From Amoebophrya sp. A120 (taxonomy: Eukaryota; Protista; Dinoflagellata): a DNA stretch of 64,000 nt. The notes below the pieces were generated by a model. The model was given only the letters and a program-made list of their open reading frames with translations, made no database searches and was not told the origin of the DNA. The position numbers and the translations under genes are program-made. The stretch lies in contig CAJINV010000004.1 of NCBI GenBank assembly GCA_905178155.1, positions 2,673,513 to 2,737,512 of the forward strand, given 5' to 3'. Of this stretch, positions 1 to 11,699 are shown piece after piece; position 1 is the first letter of the stretch, and every line of letters begins with the position of its first letter.

Positions 1-143
1 TGTAGTCTGTCGTTCCCCTTCACCGTCGCTTTGGGTTTCTGGTTCAGCTCCACTATCTTGCAGGGCTGGCCTTTGATCATCACGTAACCCGGTTTTTTCA
101 ATGAGGACGCGCTCATCGTCGGAATGTCGTCGGCGTCCGGCAT
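1..143 (-). CDS. eIF5A-like protein, 5' part (runs off window), with divergent hypusine loop
   Basis: Manual translation MPDADDIPTMSASSLKKPGYVMIKGQPCKIVELNQKPKATVKGNDRL aligns to the eIF5A N-terminal SALRKNGxVxIKGRPCKIVE, but the STSKTGKHGHAK motif is replaced. Confidence 0.7.
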   Translation of the reverse strand, partial: MPDADDIPTMSASSLKKPGYVMIKGQPCKIVELNQKPKATVKGNDRL

Positions 144-1006
144 TTTGGTAGCAGTTTTTTGGCAGGGTACGTAGTACGACGCTGGAAATAGTATCTATGA
201 GGGGCGTTGAAGGTGGCCGTGGGGATAGTAGAAAGGTAGATCGGAGAAAACAAGTGCGGTTGAACTACAGAAAATGTAATTGTCGCCTAAACGTAAACAA
301 ACCACATACCATACCTATCAATGTCCCACCTAGACTTACATTTACAACTGGCTGCTCAGCAAAGTAGTTCCCGGTGACATTTCTTTTGCCAAATGTTGAC
401 GTACATACAGCCAATAATATGCTAGAGCTTTGACATCCTCGCCACTAATATTGATGACAACTCGTACGCATCTTTGCTATATAGAGTCGATTTTCACGAC
501 GTGGAAAAAGACTGATCCAGCGATCTACTGCTACCGAATCTTTGACTTTTGATCGCGCTCGCCACTGGTTGATCATTCAACACTTTTATCGGATCTACTT
601 CGTGGTCGGGTTTGTGCCAAAATCGAGATCAAGTAGTGATAGATTCTACTCAGTCCATCTTTATTTCATAAACAGCATGGCAAATGCGATTCGATCACGA
701 GGAGCGTCAGGACAAAGGACCTTTTGCGTCAGGGACATACAATTGAAGGCACGAACAGCCCCTGCTAACAAAATACTAATATCATTTTCCTGGTGCTTAA
801 TGTAAACGGCTGTGGTAGAGTTGAGTTTCACTTTCACTTGCATGCTGCACCTCATCAAGAAGATTCATGTCCGCACACTCCTTCACTTCTTTTACGCAAA
901 AAATGTAGACACAGACATCAGGATTCACCAAAAATTCATCGTCCGCATCAACATGATCGAGGGTCGTCAGTCACAATGAGGAGCAACACCAGGAAATGAA
1001 TTGTAT

Positions 1007-3973
1007 CTATGAACTGGTAAACACACCGTCAATCTCGTGAATGATCCCGTTCCAACAGCGCACGGTTCGCACGATGTTGCAGCTCCGGTTCCCCACGGCG
1101 ACCTTCCGGTCCAGGCCGTAAAAGTACTGGTCCTCGAGGCAGTGCTTCACAAACACGTCGAGTTTTTTTATCCTATGTAAAAACGTCCCCACCCCATAGT
1201 TGTAATGCAAATGCGCAATTACAGGAACATTTGTAATGCGCATCTCCATTACGGGCATTTCCGATCGTGTTTTGGACTTTGTAGTGCTGTAAACCGGATG
1301 GCAAGCTAGCTTTCTCATGCGGCTGCCCTTGCTAACAAGCACTACACTGCAGATGGGAACTTGTCATGCACAACGCCCAAAGCTTGGAGATTTGTGTTGC
1401 AGATAGAGCAACTTGACTATGGGGCGGGGACGTTTTCGCTCAGGATATTTTTCCGGGGATTTTCCAACGTCCGCAGTTCTGCCCCGCCGAACGTGCTCTC
1501 GTTGATGCCGTAGGGGAGATGCCGGCGAAACCGGCCCTCCAGCAGCGCGTACTGCACTTCGCTCGCGGACTGGTTCGCGACCAGCTGGTAGGGGTCGATT
1601 TGGGGCTGTTCTGACTGCTCGGTCTGTGCGAGTGCACAACTCACCCTCCCCCTCATTTGTAATGCAAAATCCCATCAAATCCAATTGCTGCCTTGTCCTT
1701 GTGGCGCTGCTTGCATTACAAAGTCTGCAAACCCAAGCGCATGCAGCACTGCACTCAACGCGTGAGCTTGTAATGCGCAGCATCCACAAGTATTGGTCTT
1801 TGTGTTGCTGTTCATGCCATAGAAATGAGTGGGAGGAGCGGGACTTGTGCACTCTCATACGGTCGTGTGTAGTCCACGTGCCCGCAGGGGTCCGCCGCCT
1901 CCACCCGGTGCACCTATTTGTCCTGCAGCTGGACCGCCTGGTTCTTCTTGCAGCTCTCCTGGTGCAACAACATCTCCACCTGCCAGCCCCATTTTTTCCC
2001 TTGCCATCTGCTCCGTCTGCTCGCTGATGCTGGCCCGCTGCATGGATTCCGTTAACAGGTTCTTTTGCACCGACGACAGCTCTGTACTGGGGATCTGACC
2101 CACGTACTCCGGTAACCGGTACCCGGTGCGTGCCGTGCGAAAGTGTATCAAATACAAACACGTCTGGATCTGGAAGATTGATGCGAGATTTGTCATGTTA
2201 GTCTGGCATCATGTTCATGACTCTGCGCCCTGTATTGTGTGGCCACCAAGTAGAGGTCCGCTTGCCGGTAATGCAAATGCGCAGCTTCTCATGCGAAATA
2301 CGCAGCACAGACGCACAAAAAAACTTGTCATGCTTGGCGGCGCATTGCAGAGCACTTATTGCTCCTCACGGACTTGCATCACAAGTTTCCAGACCCAGAC
2401 ACATTTGCATTTGATAAAGTGCTTCTCGTAGCAATCCTCTATGTAGCCGTCCATCAGCGCGCGCTCGGGGTAGACGTACGAAACCGGCTCCGAAGAGAGA
2501 CACTGAAACGTCGCGTGATCATCGTGGCCACCACTGCGAGAGTCGTCTCCAAAGTAGTTGTTTTTGTTGAGCGCAAGAAGCTGTTCTTTTTGTCCATCGA
2601 AGAACGAGCTGGAGTTGTCTTCGTGCTCCTCCTATCCAGTGCAAACATGTCTGGGCCCGGAGTAAACTCATGATGCTGAGTGGAAAAATCATGAGCAGGA
2701 TGCCACAAGTGACGGCTCGGCGTGACAAGATTCTGGGTTCTTGCTAGGTGTCGTCTAATATCCAGCATGACAAACTTCTGCGTTTTTGCATGACAGAAAT
2801 AAGCCGTGGCTCTTTGGTACTAACCTACATGATAGACTTGAGAATCAGGTCCGGACCCGGAGCTGACCATGCTAGCAGAGCATGACAAACTTCCATCCTT
2901 CCAGACCACCCAAACATATTTCCGATGCATACCTCCTGCATCCGCTTCTCCCGTTTCAGATCCTCTAAATAGTTCAGAAGTGCAAGTTTCTTCCGTGCGG
3001 CCTTCTGCGTCTTCGGGTTCGGGTCAGTTAGCTCGTTTTCGAGTTCCTGATCCTGGGATCGCTGTTCGGCGTAATAATCTCCCCACCAGCGTCGATTTTT
3101 GCCTTGTTTGTCGCTCGGTAAGTTAAAGTTTCTATTCCCCAACGCAGGACCATCGTTGTCAGTCGCAGAAATTGATGCGGCCCCATTCTCCGCCAAGGTC
3201 GCGACGGCGTTGTACGAGTTCACCAGCTCTGGAATGTCGAACTTTCCCAACACGAGGTGTCGCTTCAGAAATCGCAGCAACAAATCCGGGTTGTCGCGCA
3301 TGGTCTGCCACGAATTTTTCCCAATTTTCGCAATCGCCTCGTTATTGGGCACAAACATCGTGAACGGACCGCTGGTAGAAATCAAATTCAGCAATCTACT
3401 CGTGCAGGCAATTCTATTTCCTGGTCCTGCGCCTTCGGCGTCACCGATCCCAACTCTTCCGCGAAAGTTTCCGTCGTAGGAGCCGTCTTCACGTGGTTCA
3501 CCCTCTAATCCCAAAATAGGAGAAGAACTGTTATCAAGCCCGTCATGATCATCATGTGAGAAAACTAAATCCTCCAGCCGGCCGTGTTCCAGAAACTTTT
3601 TCTCCCGCCTCTGCTTCGTCCGAAAGTCCACCTCGTTGGTGAGCAGTTTCCCCTTGGACAGCAAATTGTACCAAAGCGAACACCGCTTCACTTTCGCCGT
3701 CGCGTTCACAATCGTGTCGCGCCGGCTGATGTCGTGCACGTGCTGGTAGTAGGCCAGCGCGTTGTGCTTGGCGTTCGGCGTGTTGTGGTGAAAGCCCTTG
3801 TAGACCGCACCGCGCTCCTGCCGTGGCGTGTAGTTTTTCGTGAAGCGCCCATTACACTGCGCCGGACAGACCTTGGCGTTACTGTTCCCCCCGTTACTGT
3901 GGTTGTGGCCCATACCACGCAAAATCTTCGAGAAACGAAAGATGCCGCCGAAGCAGCCCGTGGCTTCTGACAT
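1007..3973 (-). CDS. Fasciclin (FAS1) domain protein, 5 exons (3973-2932, 2627-2417, 2140-1860, 1619-1448, 1163-1007)
   Basis: FAS1 H1 GPFTMFVPNNEAI, LKRHLV, and H2 CWNGIIHEIDGVF; removing four TAT..ATA elements plus one 5-bp repeat each gives a continuous frame (MQE|EHED, EKHF|RTAR, LHTT|EQS, PRK|KLDV). Confidence 0.8.
1169..1447. mobile_element. Introner, family F
   Basis: TIR TATCCT..GTAAAAACGTCCCCACCCCATAGT; TSD TTTTT; no GT-AG possible. Confidence 0.9.
1625..1859. mobile_element. Introner, family B
   Basis: TIR T(G/A)TG(C/A)GAGTGCACAA; TSD CGGTC. Confidence 0.9.
2146..2416. mobile_element. Introner, family C
   Basis: TIR TATCAAAT(A/G)CAAA..GTCTGG.TCTGGAA; TSD AAGTG. Confidence 0.9.
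2633..2931. mobile_element. Introner, family C
   Basis: TAT..ATA ends; TSD CCTCC (sense GGAGG permits GT-AG). Confidence 0.9.
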
Positions 3974-4030
3974 ATTTGAGGTTTCTATAGAGAAGCGATT
4001 ATGTTTATCATTATAGTTGATTAATATATT

Positions 4031-4485
4031 TATATAAGGCAAACTTTGGGGCCGGAGAGGGTACGGTAGAGGTTGGGGAGAGGTTTCGTAGAGGTTAGAC
4101 AGAGGGTCGGAGAGGTAAAGTAGAGGGTCGACAAAAACAAGAGGGTCGGGGAGAGGTAAAGGGAGAGGGTACGGAGAGGGTCGGGAGAGGGTGCGCAGTA
4201 TAGGGACCCGTATAGCGGCGCTATACGCGCGCAGAGGGTCGGTAGAGGTTGAGTAGAGGTCAAATAGAGGGTGGGGGGAGAGGGTGTAGAGGGTCGGAGA
4301 GGTTCCACAATATAGGGCGACCCTCTAAGCGACCCTCTACCGCGACCCCCTCCGGGAGCCTCTATTTTACCTCTCGGCGGACCCTCTCGGGACCTCTTGG
4401 ACCCTCTCCCGGACCCTCTCCGAACCTCTCCCGGACCCTCTCCGAACCTCTCCCGGACCCTCTCCGGGACCCTCTACCAGAACCG
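4031..4485. repeat. Inverted pair of short-unit arrays (AGAGGGTCGG-like, then CCGGACCCTCT-like)
   Basis: 4050-4300 repeats AGAGG(G)T(C)GG; 4320-4480 repeats its reverse complement ACCCTCTCC(C)GG. Confidence 0.85.
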
Positions 4486-5919
4486 CCCGCACAGTGAAGC
4501 TCGCCCGCCTGCGCGCAGTGCCTGTGTCTTAGAATAAGAATAAACAAAGCTAGGGCCTAAAAGTTAAGGTCTCCTCTGCAAGTTTTTCTTTTTTGACTCC
4601 AGGGCATACCAGGGCGGCAGTTCAAAGTGCATGCGCCGCTCTGCGTCCCCCGGGGGGGGCGCGGCGCCACGCCTTAACGTAGGCGGCCACCTAGGGTGGC
4701 CGCAACTTCACACAGTGCCCGCGCGCGGGCGCCAGGTGTCGCGTCTTTGTAGCGTCGCGAAAGTGGTTGCGACCAAAGTAGCGAAAGTTTTTCTCTGCCC
4801 GTTGTCTCCCGGCGCAAGCATAGCGCATTAGCCTTCGCAAGCACATGCAAGCCCCGCCGCGTGCTCGCTGCCTAACAGGATTCCAGCTCGCCACCTTTTA
4901 GATGCGGCATTCCTCCTGTTCAGGGTGCACACCTGCAACAAACTCCCCCTCCAAGAAAGGCCAACAACCTCCGGCCCCGGGCGCTGCTTTTTTCGGAAAC
5001 AAAGAACGCAGGCCGCGGAGGTATCGCTGCGTGTGTGCGCTGCGCTTTCTGGGCCAACCCCGTCAGACCGGCGCGGCCCCGCCTGCTTTTTTGGCTGTGC
5101 AGCGGCGCGCCACCCTTGGCATTGCCTTCCCCGTTGGAACACCTCCCCCGAACAGCCTCCCTCCCCGGCGGCCTCCGCCGGGGGTTGGCTGGTTTATTTG
5201 ATAAACTAAAAAGACTAAAGACGACGGCAAAGCGGGACTATCAATCTGCAGCAAACAAAAACACGCCGAGTTGCCAAAATATAAACGGAAAAACATGAGA
5301 CGGAGAGGGGAGGAGCTTCATCTGACGTGGAACGCATACACAACAAAAGGAATACAAAAAGGAAAAGGACAATGTTGGCCGCTGTTGCAAATGAGAAAGC
5401 CGAGGAGCTGCAGAATGACGCTCACTCTCGACAGCAACCAGGTGATGGTGCCGTAGCAGACGCCCAGAGTGAGATGCGGTTGACGTGACTAAATCTGCAA
5501 ACTACTAACCGTTGTGGTAGCTTTCTGCTGCAGTCTTCGTCACCAACGTAGAAACGAGGACGAACAGATACAACTAATAGAGCATCTACATCGGCATCGC
5601 ACAAGCAGACCATCTTTTCGGTAGGGACCGATTTCGCACACGACGTAGCAGTAGCACATGTTCTTGCACAGCCACACAATCTGAAAACGATTAGGATTAC
5701 GTCGAACACGAGGACCTAGGAGGAAGAGTTGATGTACTAGATCCGGCGGAAAATAACAATGCGTGTCGCATTGGCAGCGTGAGCGTCGGACTCGGAGCGC
5801 CCCACCCAACTTTGTTCATGACTGAGACTGAAAAGATGTAAACCAATCTGATCGAGGAACAGGTTCTTGTCTCTTCTATTTCAGTAGGCTTCTCTACTTC
5901 TTCCGCCGTTCCCTAAGTC

Positions 5920-5967
5920 TTGATCTTCTACACTCTCAGCGGGACTTGATCTTCTACACTCTCAGCT
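5920..5967. repeat. Short tandem duplication
   Basis: CTTGATCTTCTACACTCTCAGC occurs twice. Confidence 0.8.
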
Positions 5968-6324
5968 ATTGACTCGGAGCTGATGACGTGGCTGCTGGTG
6001 TAGTGGAGGATTTTCAATTTTCACGCTTTGTATCTGAAGACTCGGCGGCCGCGCTCGAACCACTCAGCCGCAGCCCTAGCGTTAGCCTCAGCCCTAGGCT
6101 TAGCCTCAGCCGCAGCCAGAGCCTCGGCCATAGCGTTAGCCCCAGCCTTAGCCTCGGCCCGAGCTTTAGCCTCTGCCCTAGCCTTAGCAGTAGCCTTAAT
6201 CTTCGGAATTGCGGCGATCCACATCCCTTGGATTGGGCTAGGGCCGCCTGAGCACACGTAGGTCGTTCCTCCGTGGAACATAGCTTGGACTCCCCGTAAA
6301 AAAACCTAGGGGCATCATGGGCGA

Positions 6325-7559
6325 TACTACGTTGAAAACTTCAAGAATAAGAAAATGAGCAAAATTTGGTGTTTAGAATTCAAAACGGTAAGGCGCCGGG
6401 CGCCCTGTTTTTTGTTTTTGTTTTGGATAGCGCTTGGCAGGTCGCGAGGCATACTACTTCAAAACTATCAGAAGCAGAGGACGCGACACACTGAGTGTTT
6501 TATCGCGGCCGCCTACTTCTCGATATGAAAAAAGGGAGAGGCAGGCCTGGCATGGAGCCGGCCAACGAAGACGGGCCGAGGGCTACCAACCTCACGCGCC
6601 AAACTAGTTAGCTAGGTGTGGCCCTTCCTGGAACATTCGTGACCGGGGCCCAATGGGCTCGGGTCGTTGCGTGGTCCGAATGGACGAGGCGCGGCGGCGC
6701 CTCCGCAGGCAAGCGAAAAGCGACCCGAAGTTGCTGAAATATTACAGCAAGCTTCTGCGGGAATGCCCGAGCAAAGACATCGCCAGGGGACTCGATACAG
6801 GCGCTCTTTTTTGCATTCCGCCCGTGATTCACGCAAAATTTTGCAGTTCCCGATGGGAAAAATTGCAAGAATGAACAGGGTCGACCCCTAGCGAAGACCC
6901 TAGATTTTGGCCATTCCCGAAACGGCTTTTTTCCCACTTCCCGATGGAAAAAATTTCAAGAATGAAAAAGCAGACCCCTCCGGCGACCCCTGGCGCAAGG
7001 GGTCGCCCAGAGGACTTTATTGCTTACTTTTTGCTCAAAAAACGCACTTTTTGAAGTTCGCCCGATTCGGAAATCGATTTTGGAGCCACGCGGCGCCGCA
7101 ATTGTGGACGCCCAAAATGCAGCCCGTCGGCGAGGGGAGTCCCGCCCTGCTAAGGGTCCGGATTGGGCGTGCAAATTGGGCGCACTATTTTAGGCGCCGA
7201 AAAACATGGCCCGGCATTTGGCAAACTCTAGCAAAAGGGCGCCGCAAATGTAACGACCCCCCATTGCCCAGCTCAGGTCTGCTGCTTGCCGCCGTCAAGA
7301 AGAGCCGGCTTTTTGGATTGAGGGGGCTCTGCCGGTTTCTCTCCAAGTACAAGCGGCGCCTCGTGGCGATGGTTGGCGAAATGATGTCCCGGCCGGATGC
7401 AACCCGGCCGAGCCCAAGGGCGCCGCGTGCTGCTTCTGCGCTGCCGGTCGAGCCGCCGGCGTCGTGTTTCGTCGATCTTGGAACCCCTCCCGGCCACCCT
7501 AAAGACTCTAAAGACCGAATTTTGCTCGTTTTCTTATTCTTGAAGTTTTCCACTCAGTA
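6325..7559. mobile_element. 1.2-kb non-autonomous TIR element, TAC...GTA ends, 5-bp TSD
   Basis: Left GAAAACTTCAAGAATAAGAAAATGAGCAAAATTTGGTGTTTAGA matches the reverse complement of ~7505-7550; GGCGA at 6320-6324 and 7560-7564; GC-rich interior with no transposase ORF. Confidence 0.85.
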
Positions 7560-8416
7560 GGCGACATCGGGTTATGATAGTCATCAGACACGTATGCCCA
7601 TGCGGAGTTCTCATCGGGATCCGTGAAGTCCGTGCAGTGCCTGAACGTGTTCGCCAGCCGCGAACTCAAACTGGGGGATCTCCGACTGGGGCGCGTCTCC
7701 AACATACTTCCTCCCGACTCTGCGGCTGGCGAATCCGTGGGCAGGATGACGCCGCACTGGTTCTCGCTGCTGCACCCGCAATAGAGAAACTCTGGCAAAT
7801 TCACCTTTATTTATTTGTTTTCAGGAGGCCGAATAAAAAATCAACATGCTGAAGAAGAAGAAAAAACTTTACCTTGTGGTTGTGAAGAATGAAAGTACTT
7901 TATTAAATTCATGACAGTCGTTGTCTATTTGTATTTTTTCTTCCATCATGATCCTGATCATCATGCACAAGTATTCTCCTCATGGAGGAGAGGGAGACAT
8001 ACCGTATGTTTGCAACACCACCGTCAGGCTCAAGGTTCCCAGGCAGAAGCAACGCTACAACGGCAATAGGCAGTGAATGTGTGAAAGTACCTTTCCATCC
8101 TTGTTCAAATCGAATGCATTTACGTCGAACTCCGACCCAAGATCCAGAACGCCATTGCGGTCCTTGTCGAGCGTCTCGAATTCGTCCAGAAGCCCACTCG
8201 CGTGTAGGTGTACGATAAATGCGTCGGCGTCCTGAAGTTTCCGTTGGAATCTTTTTCCAATGTTAGTTGCGCATAAACATCAAGCGGTCGGGAAACACAA
8301 ACACTCCAAATTCAAACTTCAGTGCATTTTTCATCAGTTTAACTTGAACAAGAATACCATTGCCGTTCATCATCTTCGTACGCAAAATTCATTCCTGGTA
8401 ATCATCTGGCACTGGC

Positions 8417-8899
8417 TCAACGACAATCCGATAAACATTCGTCGCAGTCTCTACTTACGGTGACAAGACGTACCTGGTAGCTCTTCCCAGCAGCACTGGT
8501 AGATCGGGGAAGAAAAGCGGCCGCAGCTTCGAGGAGCAATTTCATCTTGTACGCGCTGACCCCCTGGTGCTCGAGCCGCGCAGTCAGCATGCCCAGACTC
8601 TGCGTCACGGACTGTTTTGCGTGGAACAGCGGAAGGAGCATCCGCAGGTCACTCTCGAGCTGGGCCGGTATTTTCTTAGCCGTCGACGATTCGGATTCCG
8701 GCTGATTGTCAGCTTCGCTGGTCGTGGTCTTGGAGGTGAAGGAGCCGGAGGGCGTCTCAGCATCGGTTTCCGGGGAATACATTTCTTTCTGTTCGTCCTT
8801 GTCCTCGACATCCTCGCTCGGCCCTGAGTCGGCTTCCCCTGTGTAGTCGAGGTCCAGCGAGGACGAGGTGGGCTCCTTCTTGGTACTCTCCTGCTGCAC
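8417..8899 (-). CDS. Exon of a hypothetical acidic/Ser-rich protein (gene model incomplete)
   Basis: 160-aa ORF with coding-like composition, bounded by plausible CAG| and |GTAC sites; downstream frames look degenerate. Confidence 0.4.
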   Translation of the reverse strand: MQQESTKKEPTSSSLDLDYTGEADSGPSEDVEDKDEQKEMYSPETDAETPSGSFTSKTTTSEADNQPESESSTAKKIPAQLESDLRMLLPLFHAKQSVTQSLGMLTARLEHQGVSAYKMKLLLEAAAAFLPRSTSAAGKSYQVRLVTVSRDCDECLSDCR

Positions 8900-11416
8900 C
8901 TGCGTAATATTTGAATTGGAATTTTATTTCAATTCGAGCTTGTTTAATTTTTCTGTGCGATTCATCTGAACACGCAGGGGCCAAGGCTATCGCCTTAGCC
9001 CATCTAGAGGGGGGTGATACCACAATTCTTTATCCAGTACACCAACACTTCTTTGAAGGAGGATATCAATCACCTGTCCATTTGCTTCAGGACGCATCGT
9101 TTTAATCTCACCGCGTCCAGTGATTGAAGATGTAAAGTACGTGTATGCAATTTTCACATTCGACGCTACATCAAAATTGATATTGTACCACTGCGGTTGC
9201 ACATCCAACCATAGCTGCGGTAGCCACGGCGGTGCGCGCCGCGATCGGACATGGGCAGGAGGAAGAAACGGGGGGGGGGGGGGTGTTTGTTTGTATTTAG
9301 ACAGCGACATTTTTTGGTTGGTCTTTGTCTTAGTGTTGGTAATCTTGTCCTGCTCTGAATCAGGCAATTTATGCAATGAGATCCGATTGGACTTTCCCTT
9401 CCGAGAAATTCCTTCTCTCCCCCAATCACGACTACCGGGCCACTGCAGCTACTACACAAAAAAATGGTGTGGCTCTTGAGTCTTTTTTTACGATTCAGAC
9501 GGACCCAAACAAAGATGAAAAGCCAACTTTACTAGTTGTACGGCCTGCACCACCGCTATAAAATTAAAAGTGCAATGAGGGAAGGGGGGCTGTGGTGCGG
9601 CTGGAGGTAGAATATGAATACTAGAGGTGTGGCCAAATAATTCCAGATAGGGTGCCTAGTGCTACGGTGATGTAATGATGATGAGGCACGGTACGTTGTT
9701 TGAGAGCAAGAAGTCGGGAAAGTCTTGCAGTGAAACCAAACCACTGGCACAACTTACTTAATTTGAATTTACTAATCTTGATTGGGTCGTCGTCGTTCGC
9801 ACTGAATAGAGTCCAAAGATGTGGTTCAGGGTCGCCGTCACGTACTTATTTAGGTATGGTGGAACATAAAGAACAACAACATCAAGAAATCCCAAACACG
9901 AACGAACCCACAGAGCCAATTTATCAGATCCAGACCGCCCACCCTGTCGCTCTGTGTGTTTGTGAAGGAATTTTTCACTCAAAAAGTCAAGGAATTTTTC
10001 ACTCAGCCCTGTTTCAATCCACTCATCAATGACGAATACCTCAGCGGTTGATGCTCTTCGTACGAACATCAACAAAAGGTGGGAACAAGTTGATGAGAAG
10101 CAATTCGATTCATAATTCGAACACCTAGAAGTAGAGGCGCCAGGGTCCCGATGCTAGGTAACAGCACGATCACCAGAATGAAACGCTGTGGCATGTTTAT
10201 CACAATATCTATACTTCATGATCATGTCGTTGGTTGAATAAAGCAAAAGTCGCCGAGAGATAAAGTCGGACCACGACCCACGAGGTGCCGCAGCTGCAAA
10301 TCAATTGTCGCTGTGTATGCTTCTAGTAGAAGCGTTTTTGGTTTTGAAAATAATTGTGCTATTCTCCTCTAGTGGTCTTCATGCCAAATCAACAGCCGCA
10401 GTGCCTTCAGCTCGCTTGGAATACCTCTGCAACTTGCTGCAATGGTGCCAATTCTAACAGAAGACCTCGTCATCGCAGATTGAGAAGTCGTGCGTGCCGG
10501 TCTTTGTCATTCAATCAGTCACTGATGTCTGATCCCCTCCACGAACACGTAGAACTCCACTTCCTGCTTCCGGCACCGCGTTTCATTGCCCCTGGCACAT
10601 CTCGCGTTGCTGGGGTCCAGGCCTGTCTTCGTGGATCATCCCTTTGCGTCTTCACCGTACAGACTCGCTCGTGAGGGAGGGCGTTTAATATTCTGCGGAA
10701 CAACTAGCTACATCAAGCCGCCACCGCCCGCTCCTGTCGTCGTTCTTGTGCTGTCCAGCTGGTACTACGTCTCAAAGTCGCAAGGAAGGCACGTCTTGAT
10801 GTCCACACTGTGAAAGAAACCAGCCACCACGTCGTCGCAACCACGGACTCGGCTTTATGATCTGCAAAGGCCGGCAGCTCTCCAACCTAGTGTGGTCTGG
10901 CAGCTTGCAGTTCCCGCGGCTAGTAGTAGTCGTATTAAGAACATCAACCGTGGTTGTAGTCGTTGCTGTTGCTCGTGCAGATCACAGTGCTGCGAGGTGT
11001 CGTGTTCTTCGCCATCCCATCTTGTTCCAGGAGGTGCACACCTTTGAGTTGTTTAAGGATAATTCAATGCATCATGATCATCGCAGTATCGTTCGGGATG
11101 GCGATCTGCATGCAGGAGGTTTTTGTCGAACTTATACATCAAGGGATCTTTCTACACAACTGCCATGTAGTACTAAACTACAAGAAAGTAGAAGAACGCT
11201 CGACAAACGAAGCAGGCAGTTCTCCATCAAGATCAACTCTACATCAACTCGAGGTGACATCAAATGAAGTAGAGTATCGTATAGATTGCAAACACAATTA
11301 CCGCGCAAAGTTCTTTGACGACGTATGTTTCCGAGGTATTTGTTCGTGTGAGGATTTAGTAGTTCTTATCGCTATGTGTCTTTTCTCATCGCAAGTTGTT
11401 GTGTGAGGCCCAGGAA

Positions 11417-11699
11417 TATGCAAGGAGAAAATCACTCCATCGTATTCAGCATTTTTTCGTCTACTTGCCGGTGCAGTGGGAAAGGAGTTTTTTCACTGGT
11501 ACGTGTGCATCCAACTCCTGAAAATCAAGCATGCATTTTTCCGCCGGTGCCGGTGGTGCAGCATCTGCCCTTTTTTCATGACTTGGGGTTATCACTTTCA
11601 GTGTGTCAGGTTCTGGAGAAGGAACATGATCCTCAGACCAGCAAATTTTTCATGCAAAGCAGCGTCGTGTACGGTGTAGCGTCATCTTCTCCTTGGATA
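11417..11699. mobile_element. Old introner-like element
   Basis: TAT(G/C)CAAGGAGAA(A/G)AT(C/G)AC inverted ends; TSD not retained; TTTTCATG(A/C) motif variants inside. Confidence 0.55.

Noticed and set aside
4500-5300. Third large GC-rich TIR element
   Set aside because: Composition resembles the 6.3 kb and 56.5 kb elements, but I could not find matching TIRs or a TSD.
6021-6281. Ala/Lys/Glu-rich ORF (KARAEAKARAEAK) as TolA- or histone H1-like gene
   Set aside because: Short low-complexity repeat that is out of frame with the upstream candidate exon; no family evidence.
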